Assembly (NCBI GenBank): GCA_963660615.1
Contig: CAVKYE010000006.1
Location: 5,145-69,144 of the forward strand
Source of the DNA: Vescimonas coprocola
GTDB lineage: Bacteria > Bacillota_I > Bacilli_A > RF39 > UBA660
Reading direction: 5' to 3'
DNA: 64,000 nt
The notes below the pieces were generated by a model that worked only from the letters and a program-made list of their open reading frames with translations, made no database searches and was not told where the DNA came from. A program made the position numbers and the translations under genes. Of this stretch, positions 35,514 to 44,750 are shown piece by piece (positions within the stretch are counted from its first letter, which is position 1; the number at the start of each line of letters is the position of its first letter).

Positions 35514-37991
35514 CTAATCTATCTTTAAATCATCCAAAAAATCATCAATAGTCATCATTCTCTCATCAACAGAATCAAGAGAAACATCAATTTCCTCTTC
35601 CTTATTAAGCAAAGCCTTAATAAAAGTATTCTTTATCAATTCCCTAGTAATATTTGAACCCGTTTGATATCTATCACAAATCGGTATCTCAGTTATCTTC
35701 ATATAATTAACCTCATCCGTAATTACACCAAGCTCTACCTTATTTTTAATAACAAAAGCATTTACAATCTTATAAGGATTCGTCTTAACCTCTCTTACCA
35801 AAGAAACACCTTTTCTCGCTCTAGATGACAAATCAAATTCATCTAATTTAATTCTTTTAGCCGTATTCTTATCCGTAATAACAGTCACATAATGAGCATC
35901 ATCAAACGAACTCGCACAAACAACTTCATCATCTTTCAAATTTATTGCCTTAACACCACTACCACGAAGACCAGTTATCGGAATCTCTTCAGTCAAATAT
36001 CTTAATCCATAACCATTTCTCGTAGTTATAAATACCTCTTTTTTAGAAATAACAGTACTTACAACCTCATCATCACCTTTTAACTTAATTAAAGTAATTG
36101 GTTTTGAATATCTTTGAACCCTAAAATCCTCCAAACTAGTTTGCTTAACCATACCATTTTTAGTAAATGATAAAATATTAACTTTACTATTAAAATTATT
36201 TACCAAATATGAAGCAACAATTTCCTCACCTTCACTTATCTTAATAACATTACTAATATGCTTACCTAAATCCTTCCATTTTTGTTCAGGAAGTTCATAA
36301 ACAGGAACATATAGAAAATTACCCAAATTAGTAAATAAAAGTAAAATATCCATAGTATTTGCCTCATAAATAGCCGTAACAAAATCATTTTCCTTAAGAC
36401 CAGTTTCATCATCACTTGACTTATAACTTCTTAAAGTAACTCTTTTAACATAACCTTCATTCGTTACTAAAGCAATACAATCTTCCTTCGGAATCAATGA
36501 TGTTGCATCTATTTTAATCTCCGTAACCTCATCTTTTATCTCCGTTTTTCGTGCAGTTGCATATTCCTTTTTAATAAGTTTTAATTCCGTTTTCATAACA
36601 TGTTTCAAAGCCTCTTCATTTTCTAAAATTTGCGTATAAATCTCAATTTGTTTTTGCAAAGATTCCATCTCATTTTCAAGTTCAGTCACATCAGTATTAG
36701 TAAGCTTATATAACTGCAAATTCACAATAGCTTCTGCTTGCTTCTGCGTAAAATCATATTCACTTTGTAAATTACAAATAGCGTTTGCTTTATTTTTAGA
36801 AGCCCTTATAGTTTTTATAACCTCATCTAAAATTGATAAAGCCTTTATCAAACCTTCCACAATATGCATCCTAGCTCTAGCATGATCTAAGTCAAACTGC
36901 GTTCTTCTTGTAATAACATCCCTTTGATGATCAATATAAGCATCCAAAATCTCTAATATTCCCAAAGTCATTGGTCTATGATTCTTAATTGCTACCATAT
37001 TATAATTATAAGAAATCATCATATCAGTATTTTTAAGCAAATAATTTATTATTAATTCCTCATTAGCATCCTTCTTCAAATCAATAGTTATTTGAAGACC
37101 ATTTCTATCAGTTTCATCCCTTACCTCAGCAATACCTTCAATTTTTTTATCAATTCTAATCTCATCAATTTTCTTAACAAGCATCGCCTTATTTACCTCA
37201 TAAGGAATCTCCGTTATAATTATTTGTCTTTTATTTTTAACGCCTTCAAGCCTATATTTACATCTTACATTAACCTTACCTCTACCAGTAGTAAAAGCCT
37301 CCCTTATACCTTTTATACCTTCAGCCACACCACCAGTTGGAAAATCAGGTCCCTTTACAATATCCAAAATAGTTTCCAATTTACAATTTGGGCTATCTAT
37401 CCTCTTTATTGTTGCATCAATTACCTCACCTAAATTATGTGGAGGAATATTAGTTGCATAACCAGCAGATATACCAGTTGACCCATTCACCAAAAGATTT
37501 GGATACTTAGCCGGAAGAACCGTAGGTTCAAGTAAAGTGTCATCATAATTCAAACTCATCAAAACAGTATCTTTATTTATATCCTTTAAAAGTTCCGAAG
37601 CCACCTTAGTAAGCCTAGCTTCCGTATAACGCATAGCCGCAGCTCCATCACCATCCATCGAACCATTATTTCCCTGCATCTCAACATAACATAAATTATT
37701 CTTCCACCATTGACTCATCCTAACCAAAGCATCATAAATACTAGAATCCCCATGAGGGTGGTAAAATCCCATAATATTACCAACCGCTTTAGCAGATTTC
37801 TTAGTAGCCTTATCATATGTATTACCATCTTTATACATCGCATATAATATTCTTCTTTGTACTGGCTTAAGCCCATCTCTTACATCTGGAAGAGCCCTAT
37901 CTTGAATAATTGTTTTCGCATATTTTGAAAAATTATCTCCCATAATATCTTCAAGAGAATAATCATATATTTTTTTAATCACATCTTCCAT
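35514..37991 (-). CDS. parC: DNA topoisomerase IV subunit A
   Basis: DGLKPVQRRILYAM has the Gln of ParC rather than the His of GyrA. YHPHGDSSIYDALVRMSQWWK. No GyrA-box seen. Follows parE. Confidence 0.82.
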   Translation of the reverse strand: MEDVIKKIYDYSLEDIMGDNFSKYAKTIIQDRALPDVRDGLKPVQRRILYAMYKDGNTYDKATKKSAKAVGNIMGFYHPHGDSSIYDALVRMSQWWKNNLCYVEMQGNNGSMDGDGAAAMRYTEARLTKVASELLKDINKDTVLMSLNYDDTLLEPTVLPAKYPNLLVNGSTGISAGYATNIPPHNLGEVIDATIKRIDSPNCKLETILDIVKGPDFPTGGVAEGIKGIREAFTTGRGKVNVRCKYRLEGVKNKRQIIITEIPYEVNKAMLVKKIDEIRIDKKIEGIAEVRDETDRNGLQITIDLKKDANEELIINYLLKNTDMMISYNYNMVAIKNHRPMTLGILEILDAYIDHQRDVITRRTQFDLDHARARMHIVEGLIKALSILDEVIKTIRASKNKANAICNLQSEYDFTQKQAEAIVNLQLYKLTNTDVTELENEMESLQKQIEIYTQILENEEALKHVMKTELKLIKKEYATARKTEIKDEVTEIKIDATSLIPKEDCIALVTNEGYVKRVTLRSYKSSDDETGLKENDFVTAIYEANTMDILLLFTNLGNFLYVPVYELPEQKWKDLGKHISNVIKISEGEEIVASYLVNNFNSKVNILSFTKNGMVKQTSLEDFRVQRYSKPITLIKLKGDDEVVSTVISKKEVFITTRNGYGLRYLTEEIPITGLRGSGVKAINLKDDEVVCASSFDDAHYVTVITDKNTAKRIKLDEFDLSSRARKGVSLVREVKTNPYKIVNAFVIKNKVELGVITDEVNYMKITEIPICDRYQTGSNITRELIKNTFIKALLNKEEEIDVSLDSVDERMMTIDDFLDDLKID

Positions 37992-38000
37992 TTTCTCACC

Positions 38001-39908
38001 TTACTTTACATAATTATCTTCTAACGTGAATTTTACATTTTCCTCTATCCATTCTTTCCTTGGTGCAACATTATCACCCATAAGAACACTTACCCTTTTC
38101 TCAGCTAACGATGCATCACTTAAATTTACCTTAATCAAACTCCTGCCATCAGGATTCATAGTAGTTTCCCATAACTGCTCAGCATTCATCTCACCAAGAC
38201 CTTTATATCTTTGTTTTTCTAACTTTACTTTATGATTTTTTCTTATCTCCTCAGCTTCTTTATCATCCCAAGCATAACCATATATCTTATTACCATTTTT
38301 CAAAGCATATAAAGGAGGCATAGCAATATAAAGATGTCCATGCTCAATAAGTGGTTTCATATACCTATAAAAGAAAGTTAAAAGTAATATCGCAATATGC
38401 GCTCCATCATCATCCGCATCAGTCATAATTATTACTTTATCATAATTACAATCTTTTATATTAAAATCACTACCAATACCAGCACCTATAGCCTGAATCA
38501 TAGTATTTATCTCATTATTAGCAAGCACATCCTGTAAAGACGCTTTTTCAGTATTTATAACCTTACCCCTCAAAGGTAAAATAGCCTGAAACTTTCTATC
38601 TCTACCCTGTTTGGCCGAACCACCAGCCGAATCACCCTCGACCAAAAACAATTCATTAATCTTAGAATTTTTACTTTGAGCTGGAGTAAACTTATCACTA
38701 ATAGACTTTTCCTTTTTACCCTTACCTTTTCCATTTCTAGCTTCATCCCTAGCTTTTCTCGCAGCTTCCCTTACCTGCTTTGACTTAACCATCTTTTCTA
38801 ATATCTTAGTAGCAGACTCCTTATTTTCCTCCAAAAAGAAAGTTAATTTTTCTGAAGCTATACTATCAACCACAGCCCTAGCCGAAGGAGTACCCAACTT
38901 ACCCTTAGTTTGGCCTTCAAACTGTAATAACTTTTCCGGTATTTGAAGACTTATAATTGCCGTAAGTCCTTCCCTCGTATCAGTACCTTCCAAATTCTTA
39001 TCCTTAGCCTTTAAAAAGCCATTATTTCTAGCATAATCATTAAATACCCTCGTAAAAGCCGTCTTCAAACCAACCTCATGAGTTCCTCCATCACCAGTTT
39101 TAACATTATTTACAAAAGATATTATATTTTCAGAATAAGTTTCCGTATATTGAAAAGCCACCTCAACATTTATTCCATCCTTCATAGAAGAAAACGAAAC
39201 AGGTGCATGAAGCACTTTCTTATCCTCATTTAAATATGATACAAAAGAATTAAGTCCATCTTCATAATGATATACCTCATGCTTATCATCAGCCTCATCA
39301 TGTACCTCAATAGTTAAATTTTTTAAAAGAAAAGCACTTTCCTGCATCCTTTCACAAATATTAGTAAAAGAAAACGTTGTCGTAGAAAAAATCGTATCAT
39401 CTGGCATAAAATGAACCCTAGTACCAGTTCTATTAGTCTTTCCAATATTCTCAAGAGGAATTACCGTATGTCCCCCATTTTCAAACCTAATATAATATTC
39501 ATATCCATCTCTTTTAATATTTACTTCCATCCATTTTGATAAAGCATTTACAACACTACCACCAACACCATGAAGGCCACCAGAAACCTTATAACCAGAA
39601 GTTTCAAACTTACCACCAGCATGAAGAACCGTGTATATTACCTCTGGAGTCGATTTACCACTAGCATGCATCCCAACTGGAACACCTCTACCAAAATCCT
39701 CAACACTTACACTTCCATCTTTATGGATAATTACTTTTATCTTATCACCATATCCATTTATAACCTCATCAATACTATTATCAACGATTTCCCAAACCAA
39801 ATGGTGAAGACCTCTCTTATCAGTTGATCCTATATACATTCCAGGCCTTTTTCTTACAGCTTCTAACCCTTCTAATATTTTTATTGAACTTTCATCATAT
39901 TTTACCAC
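38001..39908 (-). CDS. parE: DNA topoisomerase IV subunit B
   Basis: GHKL ATPase and TOPRIM motifs (LEGLEAVRKRPGMYIGS, LVEGDSAGG, IMTDADDDGAHI). Close by eye to Bacillus ParE. Confidence 0.82.
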   Translation of the reverse strand: MVKYDESSIKILEGLEAVRKRPGMYIGSTDKRGLHHLVWEIVDNSIDEVINGYGDKIKVIIHKDGSVSVEDFGRGVPVGMHASGKSTPEVIYTVLHAGGKFETSGYKVSGGLHGVGGSVVNALSKWMEVNIKRDGYEYYIRFENGGHTVIPLENIGKTNRTGTRVHFMPDDTIFSTTTFSFTNICERMQESAFLLKNLTIEVHDEADDKHEVYHYEDGLNSFVSYLNEDKKVLHAPVSFSSMKDGINVEVAFQYTETYSENIISFVNNVKTGDGGTHEVGLKTAFTRVFNDYARNNGFLKAKDKNLEGTDTREGLTAIISLQIPEKLLQFEGQTKGKLGTPSARAVVDSIASEKLTFFLEENKESATKILEKMVKSKQVREAARKARDEARNGKGKGKKEKSISDKFTPAQSKNSKINELFLVEGDSAGGSAKQGRDRKFQAILPLRGKVINTEKASLQDVLANNEINTMIQAIGAGIGSDFNIKDCNYDKVIIMTDADDDGAHIAILLLTFFYRYMKPLIEHGHLYIAMPPLYALKNGNKIYGYAWDDKEAEEIRKNHKVKLEKQRYKGLGEMNAEQLWETTMNPDGRSLIKVNLSDASLAEKRVSVLMGDNVAPRKEWIEENVKFTLEDNYVK

Positions 39909-39989
39909 TATTCATCACCATAATTGATTTTATCAAAATTTGAGGATTTAAGCAAATAAAAAAGCATAAAACTAACATTTTTACTAGTT

Positions 39990-40817
39990 TTAAGCCTTTT
40001 TATAACTTGATAAGTAAAATGATGAAGACTTATCCTTTTTAAAAGTATATTCATATTTTTGATATTTATCCTTTTTATAATTATTTTCATAATCAATTAT
40101 CAATTTAGAATAATCAATACTTCCATCCTCTTTTTTATAAGATTGTATATCAGAAATACCTTGCTTACCTTCCACATCAGCAGTAATATTTGCACTAACA
40201 TTTTCATCAATATATACCTCATTAGTAGTTAATATATATGAACCATTTTTTTTCTTCAAACTTAAAGGTTTTATATAAACCGGTTCACTGACATTTATCA
40301 TAGAACCATGATCATGACTACCAACAAAATTATAAGTTTGATTAGAATCATCATACTGATATATATACGTATTATCAATAGAACACGGGATGTTTGGATA
40401 ACTAGTATTAACTATTCCATAAAGTTTCAAATAATTATTTATCTCACTTAAACTTATAGAAGAAGGACTATTTTTAATATAAATAGCTGCATACATCATA
40501 CTCACATTTGCCGTTTGCTTTTCAAAGTCTATACTAGCATTTCCTCCTAAAGCACTTATAAAAGTCCTAACCTTATTTTGTTCCAAAAACTTAACCAAAG
40601 CAGTCTTTTCTATATCCTCACTCTTATCAGTAGAAACATCCTTCTTAACCTGTTTTAATTTTTCTACCTCTTTTTTATACTCCTTACTTTCCTTCTTAAC
40701 ATCTTCAACCTCTAAATAAGATATACATAACAAAGCCATTATAATTACCACAAGTATAACTATAACAATCGTTTTTCCCTTTGATTTTTTTTTAGTATAT
40801 ATATTCAAACTTCCCAT
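39990..40817 (-). CDS. Hypothetical N-terminally anchored membrane protein
   Basis: One TM (IVIVILVVIIMALLCISYL), a Lys/Glu linker, then an extracytoplasmic domain. Confidence 0.5.
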   Translation of the reverse strand: MGSLNIYTKKKSKGKTIVIVILVVIIMALLCISYLEVEDVKKESKEYKKEVEKLKQVKKDVSTDKSEDIEKTALVKFLEQNKVRTFISALGGNASIDFEKQTANVSMMYAAIYIKNSPSSISLSEINNYLKLYGIVNTSYPNIPCSIDNTYIYQYDDSNQTYNFVGSHDHGSMINVSEPVYIKPLSLKKKNGSYILTTNEVYIDENVSANITADVEGKQGISDIQSYKKEDGSIDYSKLIIDYENNYKKDKYQKYEYTFKKDKSSSFYLSSYKKA

Positions 40818-41004
40818 TTTGTTCCTTCTTTCTTTAAATATTTTATCACACTTTTCTAAAATTTAATATAAGTATTTTTATTATGTGTAAATCAGATGTG
40901 AAATAACATCACATATTACTCAAAAACAAAACAAGAAAAAACACTTAATTACTTACGTAAATCAGTGCTTAACTACTCTTTATTTAAATATTCATAATAT
41001 TACA

Positions 41005-41490
41005 TCACTTAATATCATCTATATTCACATTCCCTAAAGCCAAATAAGAATTACGATACCTTTTATCCTTCGTTACCTCAATACCTAACCAATCCGGTTT
41101 TTTAAAGTTTATTTCTTCTTCAAATTCAATTTCGGCAATCACTAAACCATCCAAATCTTCTTTAAAAACATCTAATTCCACCGTAAAATCATTTTCTATT
41201 GGAATTAAATATCTTGTTTTTATTATCATCTTACCATCTATTTTTTCCTTCAAATGATGAAAAGCATCTTTAGTAATCGGTAATTCATATTCCGTACATA
41301 CATTACATGCACTTTTTTTATCATCATCTTCAGTATATTTATACGTTAAAAAATAATCATCATTATATTTTCTAATCCTCAAAGTAGGCTCACTAGATAC
41401 ATTTAAATACCCTTGTGATATCTCTATTTTTTCACATAAACTTAAATCGGGTAAATTTTTTACTTTGTATTTCTTCTCTATCTCTTTCAT
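41005..41490 (-). CDS. CYTH-domain protein (triphosphate tunnel metalloenzyme)
   Basis: MKEIEKKYKV is the CYTH signature start (EIE+K). Further acidic strands (EIEFEEE). ATGA start/stop overlap with the upstream gene. Confidence 0.72.
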   Translation of the reverse strand: MKEIEKKYKVKNLPDLSLCEKIEISQGYLNVSSEPTLRIRKYNDDYFLTYKYTEDDDKKSACNVCTEYELPITKDAFHHLKEKIDGKMIIKTRYLIPIENDFTVELDVFKEDLDGLVIAEIEFEEEINFKKPDWLGIEVTKDKRYRNSYLALGNVNIDDIK

Positions 41491-42188
41491 GACGTTATCA
41501 AACTTATTTGTGATACCTTCCATTTTTTATTTTCTTTTACCATTTTAAAATCATATGGATCACTATCTTTTACCTTAGTACATGTAATACTAGGAACCGT
41601 CTGTCCTTCTTGAACACAAGATGTATCATAGTTCGTATTTACAACCTTAAAATGTAATTCAGTCTCACTGGAACTTATTAAAGATAAAGTAGCCTCTTTA
41701 AAGAAATAATTATCAATCTTATCCTTTAATATATAATAAACATCATCAATACTTGATATAAACCCACTTGGAAGAAGAATATTATTATTTATAAAATCAT
41801 CCGTAAAATTGTTTGAAATAGCCTCACCATAATTACTAATCACACTTATTTGAGAATTTGGTGTATAAGTTTTTACATTAAATTCATTTAATTTATCAAT
41901 TAACGACTGATCCGTTAATATAATATCTTTAGTTTTTGTCATATTATAAAGTTTATCTATATCAGACTTTGTATTCGTAATCGTAGCCACCGCAATATAA
42001 TATTTTTCCTTGCCAAGCTTAATAGCATCATCCTCACTTAAAGTATCATCTTTAGTTTTAGAAGTAATTTCCTTTTCAGTCTTACCGGGCTCCACAATTA
42101 AATATTTATCAATTAACACATAAGCGAATATAGCCACCAATAATAATACAAATGTCACCATCATCGATAAATTACTTTCTTTTTCCAT
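41487..42188 (-). CDS. Hypothetical N-terminally anchored membrane protein
   Basis: One TM (MMVTFVLLLVAIFAYVLI). Coupled to ftsK by a TAATG overlap. Confidence 0.5.
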   Translation of the reverse strand: MEKESNLSMMVTFVLLLVAIFAYVLIDKYLIVEPGKTEKEITSKTKDDTLSEDDAIKLGKEKYYIAVATITNTKSDIDKLYNMTKTKDIILTDQSLIDKLNEFNVKTYTPNSQISVISNYGEAISNNFTDDFINNNILLPSGFISSIDDVYYILKDKIDNYFFKEATLSLISSSETELHFKVVNTNYDTSCVQEGQTVPSITCTKVKDSDPYDFKMVKENKKWKVSQISLITS

Positions 42189-44386
42189 TATTCATCATCC
42201 TTTTTTTCCATTTTCACTAGGACTTCTCTTGGCTTAGAACCATTATGAGGACCAACAATTCCTCTTTCCTCCAAAAGATCTAAACATCTAGCAGCTCTAT
42301 TATACCCTAAACGAAACCTTCTTTGCAAAAGTGAAGCACTAGCCTTGCCTTGCGTAATTACAAACTCCACAATTTCATTATATAATGGTTCTTCATAATC
42401 ATCCTCAACCATCGTAGTCGCACCCTTATCCTCTTCAGATATCGTCAAAGTTGTATCATACTGAGCCTTTTGCTGAGTAATCGTATAATCAGCAACCGCC
42501 TTTATCTCATCATCACTTATAAAATTTCCTTGAACCCTTAAAGGAATATTCTCCCCTTGAGGTTTTAATAACATGTCACCTTTACCAAGTAACTTTTCAG
42601 CTCCAGACATATCAAGAATCGTTCTCGAATCAATACTACTTGAAACAGCAAATGATATTCTAGACGGAATATTAGCCTTTACAACACCAGTTATAACATC
42701 CGTACTAGGTCTTTGAGTCGCCACAATCAAATGAATTCCAGCTGCCCTTGCCATCTGAGTTATTCTCATAATAGAATCCTCTACCTCTTTTGCCGCAACT
42801 AACATCAAATCAGCAAGTTCGTCAATTATAACAACAATATATGGTAATGGTTTTATCTTTTCACCCTCATCAAGTTCCTCATTCTTTTTATTTACATAAG
42901 CGTTATAACCAGCAATATTCTTAGTTTTACTAGCCTCAAACATATCATATCTATCTTCCATCATCTTAACAATCTTTTGCAAAACAATATTAGCCTTTTT
43001 AGGATCCGTTACAACTGGCGTAAGCAAATGCGGAACTCCATTATACATAGAAAGTTCAACCTTTTTAGGATCCACCAAAACAAGCTTTACCTCATTAGGT
43101 TTACTACGCATTAAAAGTGATACAATCATGCTATTAATACATACCGATTTACCAGAACCAGTAGAACCTGCAACTAACAAATGAGGAGTCTTATCAATCT
43201 CACACCAAATAGGATTACCCATTATACTTCGGCCTAAAGCCACCAAAAGCTTACTATTATCCTTTGACTTTGGAACCTCTTCTAATATTTCCCTTATTGA
43301 TACAGGACTTATCACCTTATTAGGTAGTTCCACCCCAACAGTCTTTTTACCAGGAATTGGAGCTTGAATTCTTACATCCTTAGCCCCAAGTTCCAAAGCA
43401 ATCTCCTTATTAATACCAGTTACCTTTGACACCTTAGTTCCCGATTTAATCTCAAGTTCATATTGCGTTACCGCAGGACCTATATTAGCCGCAACAACCT
43501 TTCCCTCAATACCAAAATCCTTCAAAACCTTCTCTAACTCAACAACACACTTTTTAACGCCTTCTTGATTTTCCTTTGCATTTACCTTCTTAGATTTTTT
43601 TAATAAATTTATAGATGGCTTAGTATACCCACTATCATCATATCTTACCTCAGGTTTTACAGCAACATTTTCTTCTTTTTTAACATCCTCAGGTCTAACT
43701 TTTTCTAAATCATCAATCGAAGAAATAACAACCTTACTATCTTTCTCCTCTTCATATTTTTCCTCAGCCTCTTTCGCCGCTTCCTCAGCCTTCAAATTAG
43801 CCCGTCTCTCTTTAGCTTCCTTACTCTTTTCCTTAATAAAAGTTACCACATCATATATAGATATACCAGTAAACATGATAGTCCCACAAATAATAAGCGC
43901 AAAACAGACAACTTCCGTTCCATGAATAGTTAAAAGGTTTACAAATAAAACCCCAAGTAAAGCTCCAATAATACCGCCACCTTGAAGAACAGTATTTCCT
44001 TTAATAAATCCCATTAAATTATTAATAGTTTCCTTAATAACATCAAAATTTTCTATTCCATGTTTACTAAGCGACTCAATATAACCAATATGAGATAATA
44101 TTAGTATTCCCAAAATAAGTATATATAAACCTATAAGTCTTGATGTCAAAAAATCAGGCATCTCTCTTTTTACAATCATATATCCACCAATAACACCAAT
44201 AACTATTAAAAGGGGAACATACCACACCCCAACTATAAAGGCCGCAAAACCTTTTATAATATCAGCAACCACCCCAAAAGGACAGCACCCTATTATCGCA
44301 ATTAATATTAATCCTATTCCCTTTAACTCCACACTATAAGATGGCTTTTGCTTAGCAGCAGTCTTTCTCGTCTTCTTTTTAGCCAT
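42188..44386 (-). CDS. ftsK: DNA translocase FtsK/SpoIIIE
   Basis: N-terminal TM bundle, Lys/Glu linker, motor domain with Walker A GSTGSGKS and Walker B VVIIDELADL, and a C-terminal winged-helix gamma domain (LLQRRFRLGYNRAARCLD). Confidence 0.92.
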   Translation of the reverse strand: MAKKKTRKTAAKQKPSYSVELKGIGLILIAIIGCCPFGVVADIIKGFAAFIVGVWYVPLLIVIGVIGGYMIVKREMPDFLTSRLIGLYILILGILILSHIGYIESLSKHGIENFDVIKETINNLMGFIKGNTVLQGGGIIGALLGVLFVNLLTIHGTEVVCFALIICGTIMFTGISIYDVVTFIKEKSKEAKERRANLKAEEAAKEAEEKYEEEKDSKVVISSIDDLEKVRPEDVKKEENVAVKPEVRYDDSGYTKPSINLLKKSKKVNAKENQEGVKKCVVELEKVLKDFGIEGKVVAANIGPAVTQYELEIKSGTKVSKVTGINKEIALELGAKDVRIQAPIPGKKTVGVELPNKVISPVSIREILEEVPKSKDNSKLLVALGRSIMGNPIWCEIDKTPHLLVAGSTGSGKSVCINSMIVSLLMRSKPNEVKLVLVDPKKVELSMYNGVPHLLTPVVTDPKKANIVLQKIVKMMEDRYDMFEASKTKNIAGYNAYVNKKNEELDEGEKIKPLPYIVVIIDELADLMLVAAKEVEDSIMRITQMARAAGIHLIVATQRPSTDVITGVVKANIPSRISFAVSSSIDSRTILDMSGAEKLLGKGDMLLKPQGENIPLRVQGNFISDDEIKAVADYTITQQKAQYDTTLTISEEDKGATTMVEDDYEEPLYNEIVEFVITQGKASASLLQRRFRLGYNRAARCLDLLEERGIVGPHNGSKPREVLVKMEKKDDE

Positions 44387-44586
44387 GTTTACCTCCTTTA
44401 TCTTCTATAAAATTATACCATAGTTTCATTATCTTTTCCAAAGAAAAAAACTAAATTATTTATAATTTAAACCTTGTTTACACTCATTTTTTGCCATTAT
44501 AAATGTATAACACATAGACATACACTATTTCAGTCAAACAAACAACACCAAAAAAACAAGAAATCAATAAAAATCTCTTGTTAAAC

Positions 44587-44704
44587 AAAAAAAGCATCTA
44601 ACTCATCACAAAAGTGACTTGTTAGATACCCCCACCATATACGACACATTTGACCCACCACAATCAAATGCATCCACCCTATGCAAGCAAGTAAACTTGC
44701 CTGC
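44587..44704 (-). ncRNA. Candidate small structured RNA or leader of about 120 nt, with its own promoter and terminator
   Basis: Minus strand: TTGAAA-18-TGcTATAAT (44711-44740). Hairpin GCAGGCAAG-ttta-CTTGCTTGC, hairpin CATTTGA-N10-TCAAATG, three single-stranded GGTGG(G) runs, then terminator ATCTAAC...GTTAGAT-T7. A second terminator follows about 10 nt later. Confidence 0.35.
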
Positions 44705-44750
44705 AAATTAATTATAGCACATTAAGAAAACTTTTTTCAAACATTCACTT

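Noticed and set aside
39391-39402. AAATCGTATCAT inside parE, which matches the core of the conserved upstream element
   Set aside because: The match is only 9-10 nt, inside a coding region, and on the opposite strand relative to the two real copies. It is most likely chance.
39908-40096. 62-aa minus-strand ORF overlapping the end of the 39990-40817 gene
   Set aside because: It overlaps a better-supported ORF in another frame, has a low-complexity Ile/Lys/Asn product, and has no RBS.
44581-44649. 22-codon ORF MCRIWWGYLTSHFCDELDAFFV, considered as a Trp-sensing leader peptide
   Set aside because: The downstream gene (ftsK) has no link to tryptophan, and the ORF stop lies beyond the terminator stem. 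It is mentioned inside the sRNA finding but not called as a CDS.
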